From contig DATFQI010000391.1 in NCBI GenBank assembly GCA_035264365.1, positions 1 through 59,472 on the forward strand: a stretch of DNA of 59,472 bases. The letters run 5' to 3'. The translations under genes were made by a program, and so were the position numbers. The notes beneath the pieces are model-generated. The model was not told the origin of the DNA and did no database searches. It was given only the letters and a program-made list of their open reading frames with translations. This DNA is from Solirubrobacteraceae bacterium. GTDB taxonomy: Bacteria; Actinomycetota; Thermoleophilia; Solirubrobacterales; Solirubrobacteraceae. Shown in pieces: positions 19,539 to 28,926 of this stretch; within the stretch, counting starts at the first letter, position 1; each line of letters opens with the position of its first letter.

Positions 19539-19687
19539 GGAGAGGACTGTGCGGCACGACACGCCGGCCGCAAGCGCGCCGACCGATCGCCCGATAGGCC
19601 GTCGCGCGGATGGCTCGAGACGTGATTCCGCTGCCGCGATCTCCGATCGCTATCGGCCGAAGCGCATCCCGAGGTATCACTCAGCGG

Positions 19688-20350
19688 ATGACGCTCCAGA
19701 GGACGACGACGCTCGCTGCGTCTGCGGCGCCCGGCGCGAGCGCCGATCGATGGGCCGAGGGCAGAGCGGCGCTGCGCGCGGCGGATCAACGGATGGCGGC
19801 GCTCGTGGACGAGCGTCCGCTGCTCGACCCGGATGCCTTCTTCGACACCTGGCCGTCCGAGCTGTGGAGCGCTGTGGTGACGCAGGTGATCGGCCAGGAG
19901 ATCTCTCTCGCGGCCGCCGGAGCGATCCGGGGGCGCCTCCAGGCGCTGTGCGGCGGCCGGCTGCCGAGCCCGGAGCAGCTGCTCACCCTCGACGAGGGGA
20001 CGCTGCGAGCGGTCGGGCTCTCACGCGCCAAGATGGTGTATCTGCAAGACCTCGCCGCGCGTCTCGTCGACGGACGGCTCGACCTCGCGAGGCTCCGCGC
20101 CATGGACGATGACGCCGCGCGCGACGAGCTCACCCGGATCAAGGGCGTCGGGCGGTTCACGGCCGATGGCGTGCTGCTGCTCACGCTCCGCCGGGCCGAC
20201 ATCTGGCCGGCCGGGGATCTGGCACTGCGGCGAGCGGTTGCGCGCGTCTGGGAGCTCGAGCAGCCGCTGTCGCTGGCTGAAGCGGACGCCGTCGGCGAGC
20301 GCTTCCGGCCCTGGCGTACGCTGGCCGCGGTCTATCTCCTGACCCGATGA
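19688..20350 (+). CDS. alkA: DNA-3-methyladenine glycosylase II (HhH-GPD superfamily)
   Basis: Track ORF 19610..20350 trimmed to ATG 19688, because codons 19610-19687 have poor G/C third-position bias. The HhH region is LTRIKGVGRFTADGVLL. The catalytic-Asp region is WPAGDLALRRA. Confidence 0.8.
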   Translation: MTLQRTTTLAASAAPGASADRWAEGRAALRAADQRMAALVDERPLLDPDAFFDTWPSELWSAVVTQVIGQEISLAAAGAIRGRLQALCGGRLPSPEQLLTLDEGTLRAVGLSRAKMVYLQDLAARLVDGRLDLARLRAMDDDAARDELTRIKGVGRFTADGVLLLTLRRADIWPAGDLALRRAVARVWELEQPLSLAEADAVGERFRPWRTLAAVYLLTR

Positions 20351-20387
20351 TCACAACCGAGCACCGCTCGAAAGGTAGGTTCGAGAC

Positions 20388-20636
20388 ATGGCTAAGTGGC
20401 CCGAGAACCCCGACGACCCGGTCGACCCCGCCTTCGCCCCGCTGATCGAGGCCGGCGAAGGTGAGGCCGAGGGCTTCGAACTCGCCGAAGCCGACCTCAT
20501 CGAGCACGCCGAGCACGGTGACCAGCACGGCACCGACCGCATCTGGCACGACGCGGCCGGCTTCAACGAGGAAGAGATCCCCGGGCTCGACGACGATCGC
20601 TACGGCGTGCCGGACGACGGGGACCCGGAGACCTGA
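20388..20636 (+). CDS. small acidic hypothetical protein (82 aa)
   Basis: ORF 20388..20636 has AAAGGTAGG upstream of the ATG. Codon bias is good. I recognise no domain. Confidence 0.55.
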   Translation: MAKWPENPDDPVDPAFAPLIEAGEGEAEGFELAEADLIEHAEHGDQHGTDRIWHDAAGFNEEEIPGLDDDRYGVPDDGDPET

Positions 20637-20639
20637 CGG

Positions 20640-20924
20640 TCAGCCCCCCGCGCGGCGCCGTTCGCGGCGCCTGAGCTCGTGCGGGTTCGCCTTGCGCGGG
20701 TCGACCTCGATGTCGGCCTCGTGTGGCGGCGCGCTCGTGCTCGTGGCACCGGTCGGCGTGTGCACGTCGCCGAAGTCCATCCCCTCTTCGTCGGCCGCCG
20801 GATCCCGTGGGTCGGGCCGCTTGTCGTACGGGTCCGGCCACGCCGTCGGGTCAGGGTCGGTGGCGGGCTCGTTGAGGGCCTCGTGCACGTCGTGCACGCG
20901 CGGTGGCGGATCGCTCTGGGCCAT
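20640..20924 (-). CDS. small Pro/Asp-rich hypothetical protein (94 aa)
   Basis: Track ORF 20640..21011 trimmed to ATG 20924, with GAGGAG 6 nt upstream. It reads MAQSDPPPRVHDVHEALNEP...WPDPYDKRPDPRDP... I recognise no domain. Confidence 0.5.
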   Translation of the reverse strand: MAQSDPPPRVHDVHEALNEPATDPDPTAWPDPYDKRPDPRDPAADEEGMDFGDVHTPTGATSTSAPPHEADIEVDPRKANPHELRRRERRRAGG

Positions 20925-21007
20925 GTCTGCTCCTCTGCGTCGAGTGCCGTCCGGGCAACGTACCGGGCGGCCCGCCGCGGGTTGAGCCGTCAGCCCTATG
21001 AGCGCAT

Positions 21008-22576
21008 TCACATTCGCTCTCGCAGCAGCCCGCGCTCGACGACGAGCGGTACGAGCAGGTCGCGGTAGCCGTGGTCATCGAAGAGCACGGTGACCTGGTC
21101 GCCGTCGTAGCGCTGAACGGTTCCCTCGCCCCAGCGGTCGCTGGCCACGCGGGCGCCGACCGCGAACGGCTCGACCACGCGCCTCGCGGGCGCGTGCCGG
21201 CGGTCGTTGTCGCACGCCCCGCACGGGCCGGGGTAGTCCTGGCCGAAGTAGGAGAGCAGGAACGAGCGGCGGCATCCTGCGTGCTCGGCGTAGCGGCGCA
21301 TCATGTCCAGTCGCGAGCGCTCGACCTCGCGCTCGCGCTCGCTTTCCTCGCGCGACGCAGCGAGTGCGCCGGCGACGTCCATCGCCCCGCTCCAACGCAC
21401 CCGCCCGTCGGGAGCCCACGCGGCCGCGCCGATGTCCACGAGCTGTGCCAGCGCCAGGGTCGACGAGCGCGAGCCGAGCACGCCGACGCCCGCCGCCGCG
21501 AGCCGGTCGGCCACCGCGGCCACCACCGTCTCGGAGACGCCGCGGGCGGTCAGGTGCCGCGCGGCGCCGATGTCCTGCGACCGGTAGAGCAGCCGGGCCT
21601 CGGCGCGCTCCCCGTCGCGTCCGGCGCGGCCCATCTCCTGGTAGTAGGCGTCGAGCGAGGCAGGCGTGTCAGCGTGGAGCACCCAGCGCACGTCGGGCTT
21701 GTCGATGCCCATCCCGAACGCGACCGTGGCCGCGACGATCCGCGCAGAGCCCTCGAGGAACGCGCCCATCGCCCGGCGCCGCGCGCCCGTGCCCAGCCCG
21801 GCGTGGTAGAGCGTCACGCGCTCGCCCGCGGCGGCCAGCGTGTCCTTCGCCGCCCGCGCGCCGGCGTGGGTCGCGGCGTACACGATCCCGGAGCCGTCCA
21901 GCTCGTGCGCGGCCCGCGCGATCAGGCGCTGCTTGTCCTGGGGCGACCGCGCGTGCTGGACGGAGAGCTCGATCTGCGGCCGGTCGAAGTCGCCGATCAC
22001 CCGCTCGGGCTCGCGCAGCCCGAGCCGCCGGCAGATCTCGCGGCGCACGGGCGGTGTCGCGGTCGCGGTGAGCGCGAGCCGGACCCTCGCGCCGAGCGCG
22101 TCGGCCTGCGCGCCCAGCCGCAGATAGTCGGGCCGGAAGTCTCGTCCCCACTGGCTCACGAGATGCGCTTCGTCGACGACGAACAGCCCCGGCCGGGCGC
22201 GTCGCAAGGCCGCCCGCGTCTCGTCGTTGGAGAGCTGCTCGGGCGAGAGGAACACGAACTCGTCCGGCCCGCACGCCTCGACGAGCGCCGCCGCCCGCGC
22301 ACCCGCGGCCTGCGCGGAGTTGAGCACCGTCGCGGCGAGACCCGATGCCCGCAGGTGCGCCAGCTGGTCGTCCTGCAGAGCGATCAGCGGCGACACGACC
22401 ACCGTGGGCCCGGGGCGCAGCAGGCCGGCCAGCTCGTAGATCGCCGACTTCCCGCCGCCGGTGGGCAGCACCGCGAGCACGTCCCGGCCCGCGGCAGCCG
22501 CGGCGACCGCCGCCGCCTGGCCGGGCCGCAACCGCTCGAACCCGAGCCGCTCACGCGCCAGCTCGAGGATGTTCAC
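21008..22576 (-). CDS. recQ: RecQ-family ATP-dependent DNA helicase
   Basis: ORF 21008..22576, 522 aa. It has LRPGQ, Walker A PTGGGKS, SPLIALQDDQ and FVVDEAHLVSQWGRDFRPDY (DEAH box). The zinc-binding Cys cluster (CRRSFLL...CGACDNC-like) is present. Confidence 0.88.
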   Translation of the reverse strand: MNILELARERLGFERLRPGQAAAVAAAAAGRDVLAVLPTGGGKSAIYELAGLLRPGPTVVVSPLIALQDDQLAHLRASGLAATVLNSAQAAGARAAALVEACGPDEFVFLSPEQLSNDETRAALRRARPGLFVVDEAHLVSQWGRDFRPDYLRLGAQADALGARVRLALTATATPPVRREICRRLGLREPERVIGDFDRPQIELSVQHARSPQDKQRLIARAAHELDGSGIVYAATHAGARAAKDTLAAAGERVTLYHAGLGTGARRRAMGAFLEGSARIVAATVAFGMGIDKPDVRWVLHADTPASLDAYYQEMGRAGRDGERAEARLLYRSQDIGAARHLTARGVSETVVAAVADRLAAAGVGVLGSRSSTLALAQLVDIGAAAWAPDGRVRWSGAMDVAGALAASREESEREREVERSRLDMMRRYAEHAGCRRSFLLSYFGQDYPGPCGACDNDRRHAPARRVVEPFAVGARVASDRWGEGTVQRYDGDQVTVLFDDHGYRDLLVPLVVERGLLRERM

Positions 22577-22762
22577 GCGGAGGTTCGGTCGACGAGAGGA
22601 ACCGCCACAGCATGTCCCGCCGGCGGCCCCGGCTCAACAACGAACGCCGCTCGCGTGATTGCCCGTTCGGTCCTATGGGCGGGGCCGGGCCATCCGGCGA
22701 TTGCCCGACCGGACGCCCGTTCGCTCTGGCGCGCCCCTGTCGGCTCTGACAGCATCCGTCGC

Positions 22763-24364
22763 GTGACGACGGAGCCCCCCGCGGCACGCGAGACCGAGGC
22801 GGCGCCGCCCGTCGAGCAGCCGGAGGCGGCCGCGACCCCCGCCGCGCCGCTCCACGCGGGGATCGGCAACGCCGCCTTCGGACAGATGGTGGCGGCGGGC
22901 CTCGTCCCCGGCGTGCCGTTCGGGGCGGGTAACGCCACGCTCGCGCGCATGCTCTCGGGCCCGCGGATGCTCTCGCGCGAGGAGCTCCCGACGCCCGCGG
23001 AGCTCGCGGAGGCGGACGCCTGGGCGGCGGACGGCATCCGCCGCGGGACCGACCTCACCCCCGGCGCCCCCGGCGCCGGGCTCAACAACGCGCCCGGCGG
23101 CTTCGACGCCGAGTACGACCCGGCGACGGGCGAGCTGGTCGTCATCATGCGCTGTGGCGTCGAGTTCACCGACGGCATCTCGCGTGCCGGCGTCGCCCGG
23201 CCCGGGCTGCAGAACCAGCTCGACCGCGCGAACGCGATGCCCGAGCCGCAGCGCCGCGCGCGGCTCGCCCAGTTCCGCTGGTCGGAGGACAAGAGCGACG
23301 CGGAGCGCGTCGCCTTCAAGTCCGGCGTCGAGACTCAGATCGAGGCCTTCTGGGGCGGCCGCCACGAGTTCTTCCTGCGCAAGCGCGGCTGGAGCTGGCT
23401 CGGGGCGACGGTGCGGATCGACCTCCAGGTCGCCGACAAGGAGGACGTCCCCGACGCGCACCTCACCATGCGGCCGGTCAAGGTGCCGGCCGACGTCTCG
23501 CTCGGCGCCAACGTGCAGCCCGGGCAGCTCGAGAACGCCCAGGACCAGGTGATGAACTTGTCGAGCAACCTGAACGCGTCCGACAACTTCCTCAACCACC
23601 GCGTCACGTTCGGCGTCAACAGCTCCGCGGTGGTGGGCGCCCAGGCGACCAGCCTGCAGCAGGTGATCGACACCTTCAAGGGCGCGGTGCAGGCGGGCCG
23701 GCCCGGCGTCGCCGACACACGCTCGATCCAAACGCCGGTCGTGCTCACCGGCCACGCGAGCGCGACGGGCTCGCCGGAGCACAACCAGATCCTGTCCGAG
23801 CAGCGCGTCGACAGCGTGGCCGATTTCATGTCGCGCAACGGGTTCGTGAACGTGGAGACGCGCGTCGGCGGCACCGGCGTCGGCGACATCGAGGCGGCCG
23901 GCGGCGAGCGCGCGGAGGACCGGCGCGTCGACATCGTGGTCGGTAGCGGCGGCTCGCAGAACACGGTCGCGCACGAGTTCGGGCACGCTTTCGGGCTCGG
24001 CGACGAGTACGCCAACACGCCGCTCGTCAGCTCTGGCCTCGGCCGCGATACCGGTACGCCGCAGATGGGCGACGACGCGACGCACGACACGCTCGTCAAG
24101 CAGATGGTCGACGCCGGCGGCACGCCGCTCGCCGGCGCGGTCTGCGAGCCGACCGACTCGATCATGTCCGTCGGCGACGTTGTGCGCCCGCAGCACTACG
24201 CAACCTTCCACGCCTCGCTGACCGAGATCACGGCGCAGAGCCCTTGGGCGCTCGGCCCACCGACCGGCCGCAACGACCCGCTGCCGGGCGGCGCCGCGAC
24301 CGAGACGGGCCCTGGCGACTTCCCCGTGCCGGCGCGCGGCGAGGGCGATCCGGTGGCCGTATGA
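22763..24364 (+). CDS. toxin-like protein: Ala/Pro-rich N-terminus with GNxA motifs, OmpA-like peptidoglycan-binding domain, HExxHxxGxxD zinc-peptidase motif
   Basis: Track ORF 21071..24364 is mostly antisense to recQ. Coding bias starts near GTG 22763 (VTTEPPAARE...). The OmpA_C signature is LTGHASATGSPEHNQILSEQRVDSVADFM...EDRRVDIVV. The zincin motif HEFGHAFGLGDEY lies at 23972-24010. No Sec signal is evident. The start is uncertain. Confidence 0.6.
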   Translation: MTTEPPAARETEAAPPVEQPEAAATPAAPLHAGIGNAAFGQMVAAGLVPGVPFGAGNATLARMLSGPRMLSREELPTPAELAEADAWAADGIRRGTDLTPGAPGAGLNNAPGGFDAEYDPATGELVVIMRCGVEFTDGISRAGVARPGLQNQLDRANAMPEPQRRARLAQFRWSEDKSDAERVAFKSGVETQIEAFWGGRHEFFLRKRGWSWLGATVRIDLQVADKEDVPDAHLTMRPVKVPADVSLGANVQPGQLENAQDQVMNLSSNLNASDNFLNHRVTFGVNSSAVVGAQATSLQQVIDTFKGAVQAGRPGVADTRSIQTPVVLTGHASATGSPEHNQILSEQRVDSVADFMSRNGFVNVETRVGGTGVGDIEAAGGERAEDRRVDIVVGSGGSQNTVAHEFGHAFGLGDEYANTPLVSSGLGRDTGTPQMGDDATHDTLVKQMVDAGGTPLAGAVCEPTDSIMSVGDVVRPQHYATFHASLTEITAQSPWALGPPTGRNDPLPGGAATETGPGDFPVPARGEGDPVAV

Positions 24365-25125
24365 CGGATGCGATGGGCGTGGCGACGCGTGCTCTCACCG
24401 GGGGCGCCGACCGCCTGATCGTCGCCTACGAGGCGGGCAACCACCTGCACCGCTACGGCGCGCGCGTGTACGCCGACGGCCGCTACGAGCAGTTCAGCAC
24501 GCGCCGTGCGAGCGAGCAGCCCGAGTGGGAGCGCTACGAGCCGTTCGGCGAGCAGGCGATCGAGGCGATCGCCGGCGCGGTCGATGCCGCGCTGGCCGCG
24601 CGGCTCCCCGACCACATCTCGGCCGGCGACCCGCCACCGCCCGACGCCGCGACCGCGCACGTGACGCTGCGCGACCGCGAGATCGAGATCGGCAACTGGC
24701 CCGAGAACGCGCCCGCCGAGATCCAGCGCGTCCTCGACGCGATCGCCGAGCAGCGCGAGCGTCCGCCCACGCGGAGCACCTGGGAGCTGTGGAGCCGCGG
24801 CGCGGTCGTCGCGCTGGAGGTCGGCTGCGACGTCGGCAACGTCGCCGTCCTGCACGCGCTCGACGACGCGCTCTTCATGAGCGCCGTGGCGCCGGGCGAG
24901 GCGCCCGCGGGCGACGACCCGCCGCAGGGCACTCCGCTCGTGCGCGTAACGTTCTCCGGCCGCGGGGGCGACGACGTGCTGTCGGTGTTCGCCGACGGCC
25001 GCCGCGTCGAGCGCGCGGCAGGTGGGGAGACGAGCGAGCGCCGCCTCGGCGCCGACCAGCTCGCCGCGGTGCGCCGGGCGCTCGCGGGCACGGACTGGGG
25101 CGCGCTGCCGTCCCGGCTCTGCTGA
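24361..25125 (+). CDS. hypothetical protein translationally coupled to the toxin-like gene (candidate immunity/partner)
   Basis: Track ORF 24244..25125 trimmed to ATG 24361. This start overlaps the upstream stop (ATGA 24361-24364). It is 254 aa with good codon bias. I recognise no domain. Confidence 0.55.
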   Translation: MTDAMGVATRALTGGADRLIVAYEAGNHLHRYGARVYADGRYEQFSTRRASEQPEWERYEPFGEQAIEAIAGAVDAALAARLPDHISAGDPPPPDAATAHVTLRDREIEIGNWPENAPAEIQRVLDAIAEQRERPPTRSTWELWSRGAVVALEVGCDVGNVAVLHALDDALFMSAVAPGEAPAGDDPPQGTPLVRVTFSGRGGDDVLSVFADGRRVERAAGGETSERRLGADQLAAVRRALAGTDWGALPSRLC

Positions 25126-25337
25126 GCTCCGGTCGCCGAGCGGGCCCCGCGTCCCGCATGGAGTCACTGCAGATCCCGAGGTTCCGGCAGCGCAGCCACT
25201 TCCCGAGCATCCTGGCGGATTTCCGCCACACGATGGCGGCCGCCCGCCCGCCGCTCCACCGGGCTGCCCGCCTCGCGCCGAGACCGGGCGGCGGCGAAGC
25301 TTGCTGCGTCGTGCACCACCCTCCCCAAAGGACTTCC

Positions 25338-25667
25338 ATGTTTTCCGCCACCACCTACATCATCCGCATCGCGACCGCCGAGGACGAGGAGGCACTCCGC
25401 CGTCTCGGGGAAATCGACTCGCAGGATTCGCTTACGGCGGGTCCCTACCTCGTCGGCGAGGTCGACGGTAGCGTCCAGGCCGCGCTGTCGCTGGCCGACG
25501 GTCGCGTCGTCGCCAACCCGTTCGTGCCGACCGCGCAGCTGGTGGCGCACCTGCGCATGCGCGCCGGCGCGCTGGGCGCTTACGAGCGCATGCCCTCGCT
25601 GCCGGCTCGGCTGCGAGCCGCCCTGTCCGGCGCGGTGCTGACCCGGCCCGCCACCGCGTCGGCATGA
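25338..25667 (+). CDS. small hypothetical protein (109 aa)
   Basis: This is the tail of artefactual ORF 24525..25667. ATG 25338 is preceded by AAAGGA. It reads MFSATTYIIRIATAEDEEALRRLGEIDSQDSL...LADGRVVANPF... The pattern resembles small actinobacterial proteins I have seen, but I cannot name a family. Confidence 0.5.
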   Translation: MFSATTYIIRIATAEDEEALRRLGEIDSQDSLTAGPYLVGEVDGSVQAALSLADGRVVANPFVPTAQLVAHLRMRAGALGAYERMPSLPARLRAALSGAVLTRPATASA

Positions 25668-25745
25668 GCTAGCGGGCGCGGCCGTCGGGAGCCAGGGCCG
25701 CCTCAGCTGTGCGCGCGGGCCGTGAGATCTGCCCGCAGTGTGTGT

Positions 25746-26390
25746 TCAGCTATCGAGGTAGGTACGTACTGCGAGCACGCGGCGGTGGCCGCCGTCGGCG
25801 GCGGAGAGCCCGAGCTTGTCGAAGATGGCCGTGACGTGGCGCTCGATGGCGCGCTCGCTGAGGAACATGCGCGCGGAGATCTCCCGGTTGGTCAGCCCCT
25901 CCGCCATCGCCGCCAACACGTCGCGCTCACGATCGGTGAGCGTGTCCAACGGTCCAGGGGGCCGACGCCTGCCGAGCATCTCCGCCACGACTTGCGGGTC
26001 GAGCACCGAGCCGCCTTCCGCCACGCGTCGCACGGCGTCGACGAACCGCTCGACGTCGGCGACCCGATCCTTGAGCAGATAGCCGACGCCTTCGGTGCCG
26101 GTGGACATGAGCTGGACCACGTAATGCTCCTCGACGTACTGGGAGAGGACGAGGACACCGACCGATGGCAGCTCGCGCCGGATCTCGGCGGCGGCCTGCA
26201 GCCCTTCGTTGCCGTAGCCGGGCGGCATCCGGATGTCCACGATCGCGACGTCGGGCTTGTGTGCGCGGACCTTGCGCAGCAGCTCCTCGGCGTCGCCCGC
26301 GCGCCCGACGACCTCCACGCCGGCGTCCTCGAGCAGTCGCACGGTTCCCTCGCGCAGCAGGACCGAGTCGTCGGCGATCACGACGCGCAC
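25746..26390 (-). CDS. NarL/LuxR-family response regulator
   Basis: ORF 25746..26390, 214 aa. It reads MRVVIADDSVLLREG...VAIVDIRMPP...LTDRERDVLAAMAEGLTNREISARMFLSERAIERHVTAIFDKL. Confidence 0.9.
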   Translation of the reverse strand: MRVVIADDSVLLREGTVRLLEDAGVEVVGRAGDAEELLRKVRAHKPDVAIVDIRMPPGYGNEGLQAAAEIRRELPSVGVLVLSQYVEEHYVVQLMSTGTEGVGYLLKDRVADVERFVDAVRRVAEGGSVLDPQVVAEMLGRRRPPGPLDTLTDRERDVLAAMAEGLTNREISARMFLSERAIERHVTAIFDKLGLSAADGGHRRVLAVRTYLDS

Positions 26391-27901
26391 GGGAGCTCCG
26401 CGTGGATCGTCGTTCCGCCGCCGACCGGGCTGTGCACGTCGAGGGTGCCATCGAGGGCCGCGATCCGGTCGGCCAGGCCACGCAGACCGCCGCCTTCGGG
26501 GTCGGCGCCGCCGCCCGCATCGTCACGCACCTCGACGACGAGCCGGCCGTTTGCGCGCGTCAGTGCGATCTCCACGAGCGTGGCTCCTGCTGCGTGCCGG
26601 GTGACGTTCGTCAGCGCTTCCGCCACGACGAAGTAGGCGGCCGATTCGACCGCGTGGGGTAGGCGACCCGCGGGAGCCGACAAGAGCCTCGCGGGCACGG
26701 AGCTGCGACGGACGAGGCCGCGCACCGCCGGTTCGAGGCCGCCTTCCATCAGGACGACAGGATGGATGCCACGGGCCAGCTCGCGCAGCTCGGCCAGTCC
26801 CTCGGCAAGATCCTCGATGGCATCGTCGAGCAGCGCGCTCGCCCCGATCGGGTCGTCGGCGATCCGGTCGCGTGCAGCACGGAGGCTGATGGCGACGCTT
26901 ACCAGCTGCTGCTGCGCGCCGTCGTGCAGGTCGCGCTCGATGCGCCTGCGAGCGGCGTCGCCCGCCTCGACCACGCGCGCACGCGATTCCCGCAACTCGG
27001 TCTCGGCCCGGCGGCGCTCGGTGATGTCACGCAGGTAGCCGGTGAACAGGGGCGGCCCAGGGACATCGATCCGGGTGATGGCGAGCTCCACGGGGAACCG
27101 GGTCCCGTCGGCGCGCACCGCCTCGATCTCGAAGCGCTGGTCGAGGACCCGCGGCGCGCCGCCGGCGAGGTATCGCGCGAGTCCCCGTCGGTGGCTCTCG
27201 CGCAGATCGGGCGGCACGATCAGCTCGGCCATCTCGCGGCCGATCGCATCCTCGCTGCGGTAGCCGAACGTCCGCTCGGCGGCCGGGTTGAACTCGACGA
27301 CGCGTCCGCGATGGTCCATCGTCACGACGCAGTCCAGAGCCGCCTGCAGGGTGGCCCGGTATCGCTGCTCGCTCGCGTGCCGGGAGCCCTCGGCGCGCCG
27401 GCGTTCGACGAGCTGCCCCAGGTGGGCACCCGCGACCTCGAGCGCCGCGACGAGCGCGGCGTCGGGCTCGCGCTGCTGAGCGCCGAAGATCTCGATCACG
27501 CCGACGAGCCCGCGTTCGCTGCGCACGGGGAACGCGACGGCTGCGTGCAGCCCGGACGTCGCCGCGGCACGCTGCCTGGGGAGATGGGCGTCGAGCGCCG
27601 CGTCGGTGATCCAGACCGGGCGCCCGCTCCGCCAGACGCGCCCCGGCAGGCCCTCGCCGGGACGCAGCGAGAGCGTGCGCGTCAGGTCCGCGAAGGCGCG
27701 CGGGCCTTCCTCGTCGGCAGCCCAGATCGCGACGCATCCCAGCTCGTCGGGATCGTGCGCGTTCGGCTCCCAAGCGGCCGCGAGCGGCCACTCGAGCGCC
27801 TCTGCGATGGCCTGCAGCGCGCGCGTGTACGCGTCGCCGGCGTCGGTGGCTCCGGCGACCGCCCGCGCGACCGCCTGTTCCATCCGCATCCGCACCGGCA
27901 C
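26378..27901 (-). CDS. GAF-PAS sensor histidine kinase (HisKA_3 + HATPase_c)
   Basis: ORF 26378..27901, 507 aa. The GAF region reads LPGRVWRSGRPVWITD...AVAFPVRSERGLVGVIE. The PAS region reads DCVVTMDHRGRVVEFNPAAERTFGY. The H-box is ARRRIERDLHDGAQQQL. It overlaps the regulator start by 13 nt. Confidence 0.86.
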   Translation of the reverse strand: MPVRMRMEQAVARAVAGATDAGDAYTRALQAIAEALEWPLAAAWEPNAHDPDELGCVAIWAADEEGPRAFADLTRTLSLRPGEGLPGRVWRSGRPVWITDAALDAHLPRQRAAATSGLHAAVAFPVRSERGLVGVIEIFGAQQREPDAALVAALEVAGAHLGQLVERRRAEGSRHASEQRYRATLQAALDCVVTMDHRGRVVEFNPAAERTFGYRSEDAIGREMAELIVPPDLRESHRRGLARYLAGGAPRVLDQRFEIEAVRADGTRFPVELAITRIDVPGPPLFTGYLRDITERRRAETELRESRARVVEAGDAARRRIERDLHDGAQQQLVSVAISLRAARDRIADDPIGASALLDDAIEDLAEGLAELRELARGIHPVVLMEGGLEPAVRGLVRRSSVPARLLSAPAGRLPHAVESAAYFVVAEALTNVTRHAAGATLVEIALTRANGRLVVEVRDDAGGGADPEGGGLRGLADRIAALDGTLDVHSPVGGGTTIHAELPCAS

Positions 27902-27960
27902 GCTCGTCCCGTCCTCACTCGAAGGAGGACAGCGACGCTACCGATCTCGCGCGTCCGCGA

Positions 27961-28317
27961 CTAGTCCGAGACCAGCGCGGCCAGTGCCGCGCTGGAGAGC
28001 TCGGCCTTCGGAAGGAAGCCGCGCGCGCCGCTGGCGACGGCGAGCTCGTGATAATCGGCCGAGTCCCGGGTCGACATCACCACCACCAAGAGCTCCGGCA
28101 TCTCGTCGCGTACGCGCCGCGCGACCTGCAGACCGCTCATGCCGGGTAACCCGACGTCGATCACGACGACGTCCGGCTCGAGGGCGCGCACAGCGTGTAG
28201 GGCTTCCTCGCCGTCCGAGGCCTCGCCGACGATCGTCCAGCCGTCGCGTTCGAGCGCCCGGCGCGCGATGCGGCGGAAGCGGGCATGGTCATCCACGATC
28301 AGGACGCGGCGCGCCAT
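27961..28317 (-). CDS. stand-alone response-regulator receiver protein
   Basis: ORF 27961..28317, 118 aa. It reads MARRVLIVDDHARFR...VVVIDVGLPGMSG...VVVMSTRD...GARGFLPK. Confidence 0.85.
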   Translation of the reverse strand: MARRVLIVDDHARFRRIARRALERDGWTIVGEASDGEEALHAVRALEPDVVVIDVGLPGMSGLQVARRVRDEMPELLVVVMSTRDSADYHELAVASGARGFLPKAELSSAALAALVSD

Positions 28318-28390
28318 GCGGTCATCCTCGCAGCGGGCACCGCCGCGTCGTGGCGGACAACCGACACGGCGTCGTCGGTTCTCCGCCGTA

Positions 28391-28407
28391 CGTCGGGATT
28401 CCCGACG
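28391..28407. promoter_or_regulatory. perfect 7-bp inverted repeat CGTCGGG-ATT-CCCGACG in the divergent receiver/globin intergenic region
   Basis: Read directly from the sequence. It lies in the 169-bp region between start codons 28317 (-) and 28487 (+). Confidence 0.3.
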
Positions 28408-28413
28408 CCCGAT

Positions 28414-28429
28414 TGGCGGTCAGCCGCCA
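28414..28429. promoter_or_regulatory. 6-bp inverted repeat TGGCGG-TCAG-CCGCCA adjacent to the previous palindrome
   Basis: Read directly from the sequence. It could be an operator or an RNA hairpin in the globin leader. Confidence 0.25.
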
Positions 28430-28486
28430 GCCGATCCGGGAGTCATCAACCTCCCGCTGCCGCGCCTCGGCGGCGAAGCTCCCCTC

Positions 28487-28915
28487 ATGCCCCTGAACCT
28501 TGAAGCCCTGGAGACCAGCTTCGACCTCGTCGCCCCCCGCGGCGAGGAGCTGGTCGACCAGTTCTACGCAAAGCTGTTCGCGGCCGCCCCCGCCGTCAGG
28601 CCGCTCTTCGCGCACACCGACCTGCGGCGGCAGAAGGCCATGCTGCTCGGAACGCTCGTGCTCCTGCGCAAGTCGCTGCGTGATCTCGACGCGATCCTCC
28701 CGAAGCTGCGCGCCCTGGGAGCTCGCCATGTCGCATACGGCGCCGAGCCCGAGCACTACCCCGTCGTCGGGCAGGTCCTGATCGAGTCGATGGCGAACGT
28801 CGGCGGCGCCGCCTGGCGACCGGAGTACAGCACCGCATGGGCTGCCGCGTTCGACGTCGTCGTGGGCGCGATGCTCGACGGCGCCGCGGCGGAAGAGCTC
28901 GCCGACGCCGCGTGA
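28487..28915 (+). CDS. single-domain globin (flavohemoglobin-type 3-on-3 globin domain)
   Basis: Track ORF 28139..28915 trimmed to ATG 28487. It reads FDLVAPRGEELVDQFYAKLF (Tyr at the B10-like position), RRQKAML (Gln at the E7-like position), LGARHVAYG (proximal His) and EHYPVVGQVLIESM. Confidence 0.8.
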   Translation: MPLNLEALETSFDLVAPRGEELVDQFYAKLFAAAPAVRPLFAHTDLRRQKAMLLGTLVLLRKSLRDLDAILPKLRALGARHVAYGAEPEHYPVVGQVLIESMANVGGAAWRPEYSTAWAAAFDVVVGAMLDGAAAEELADAA

Positions 28916-28926
28916 GGGACTCCTCC

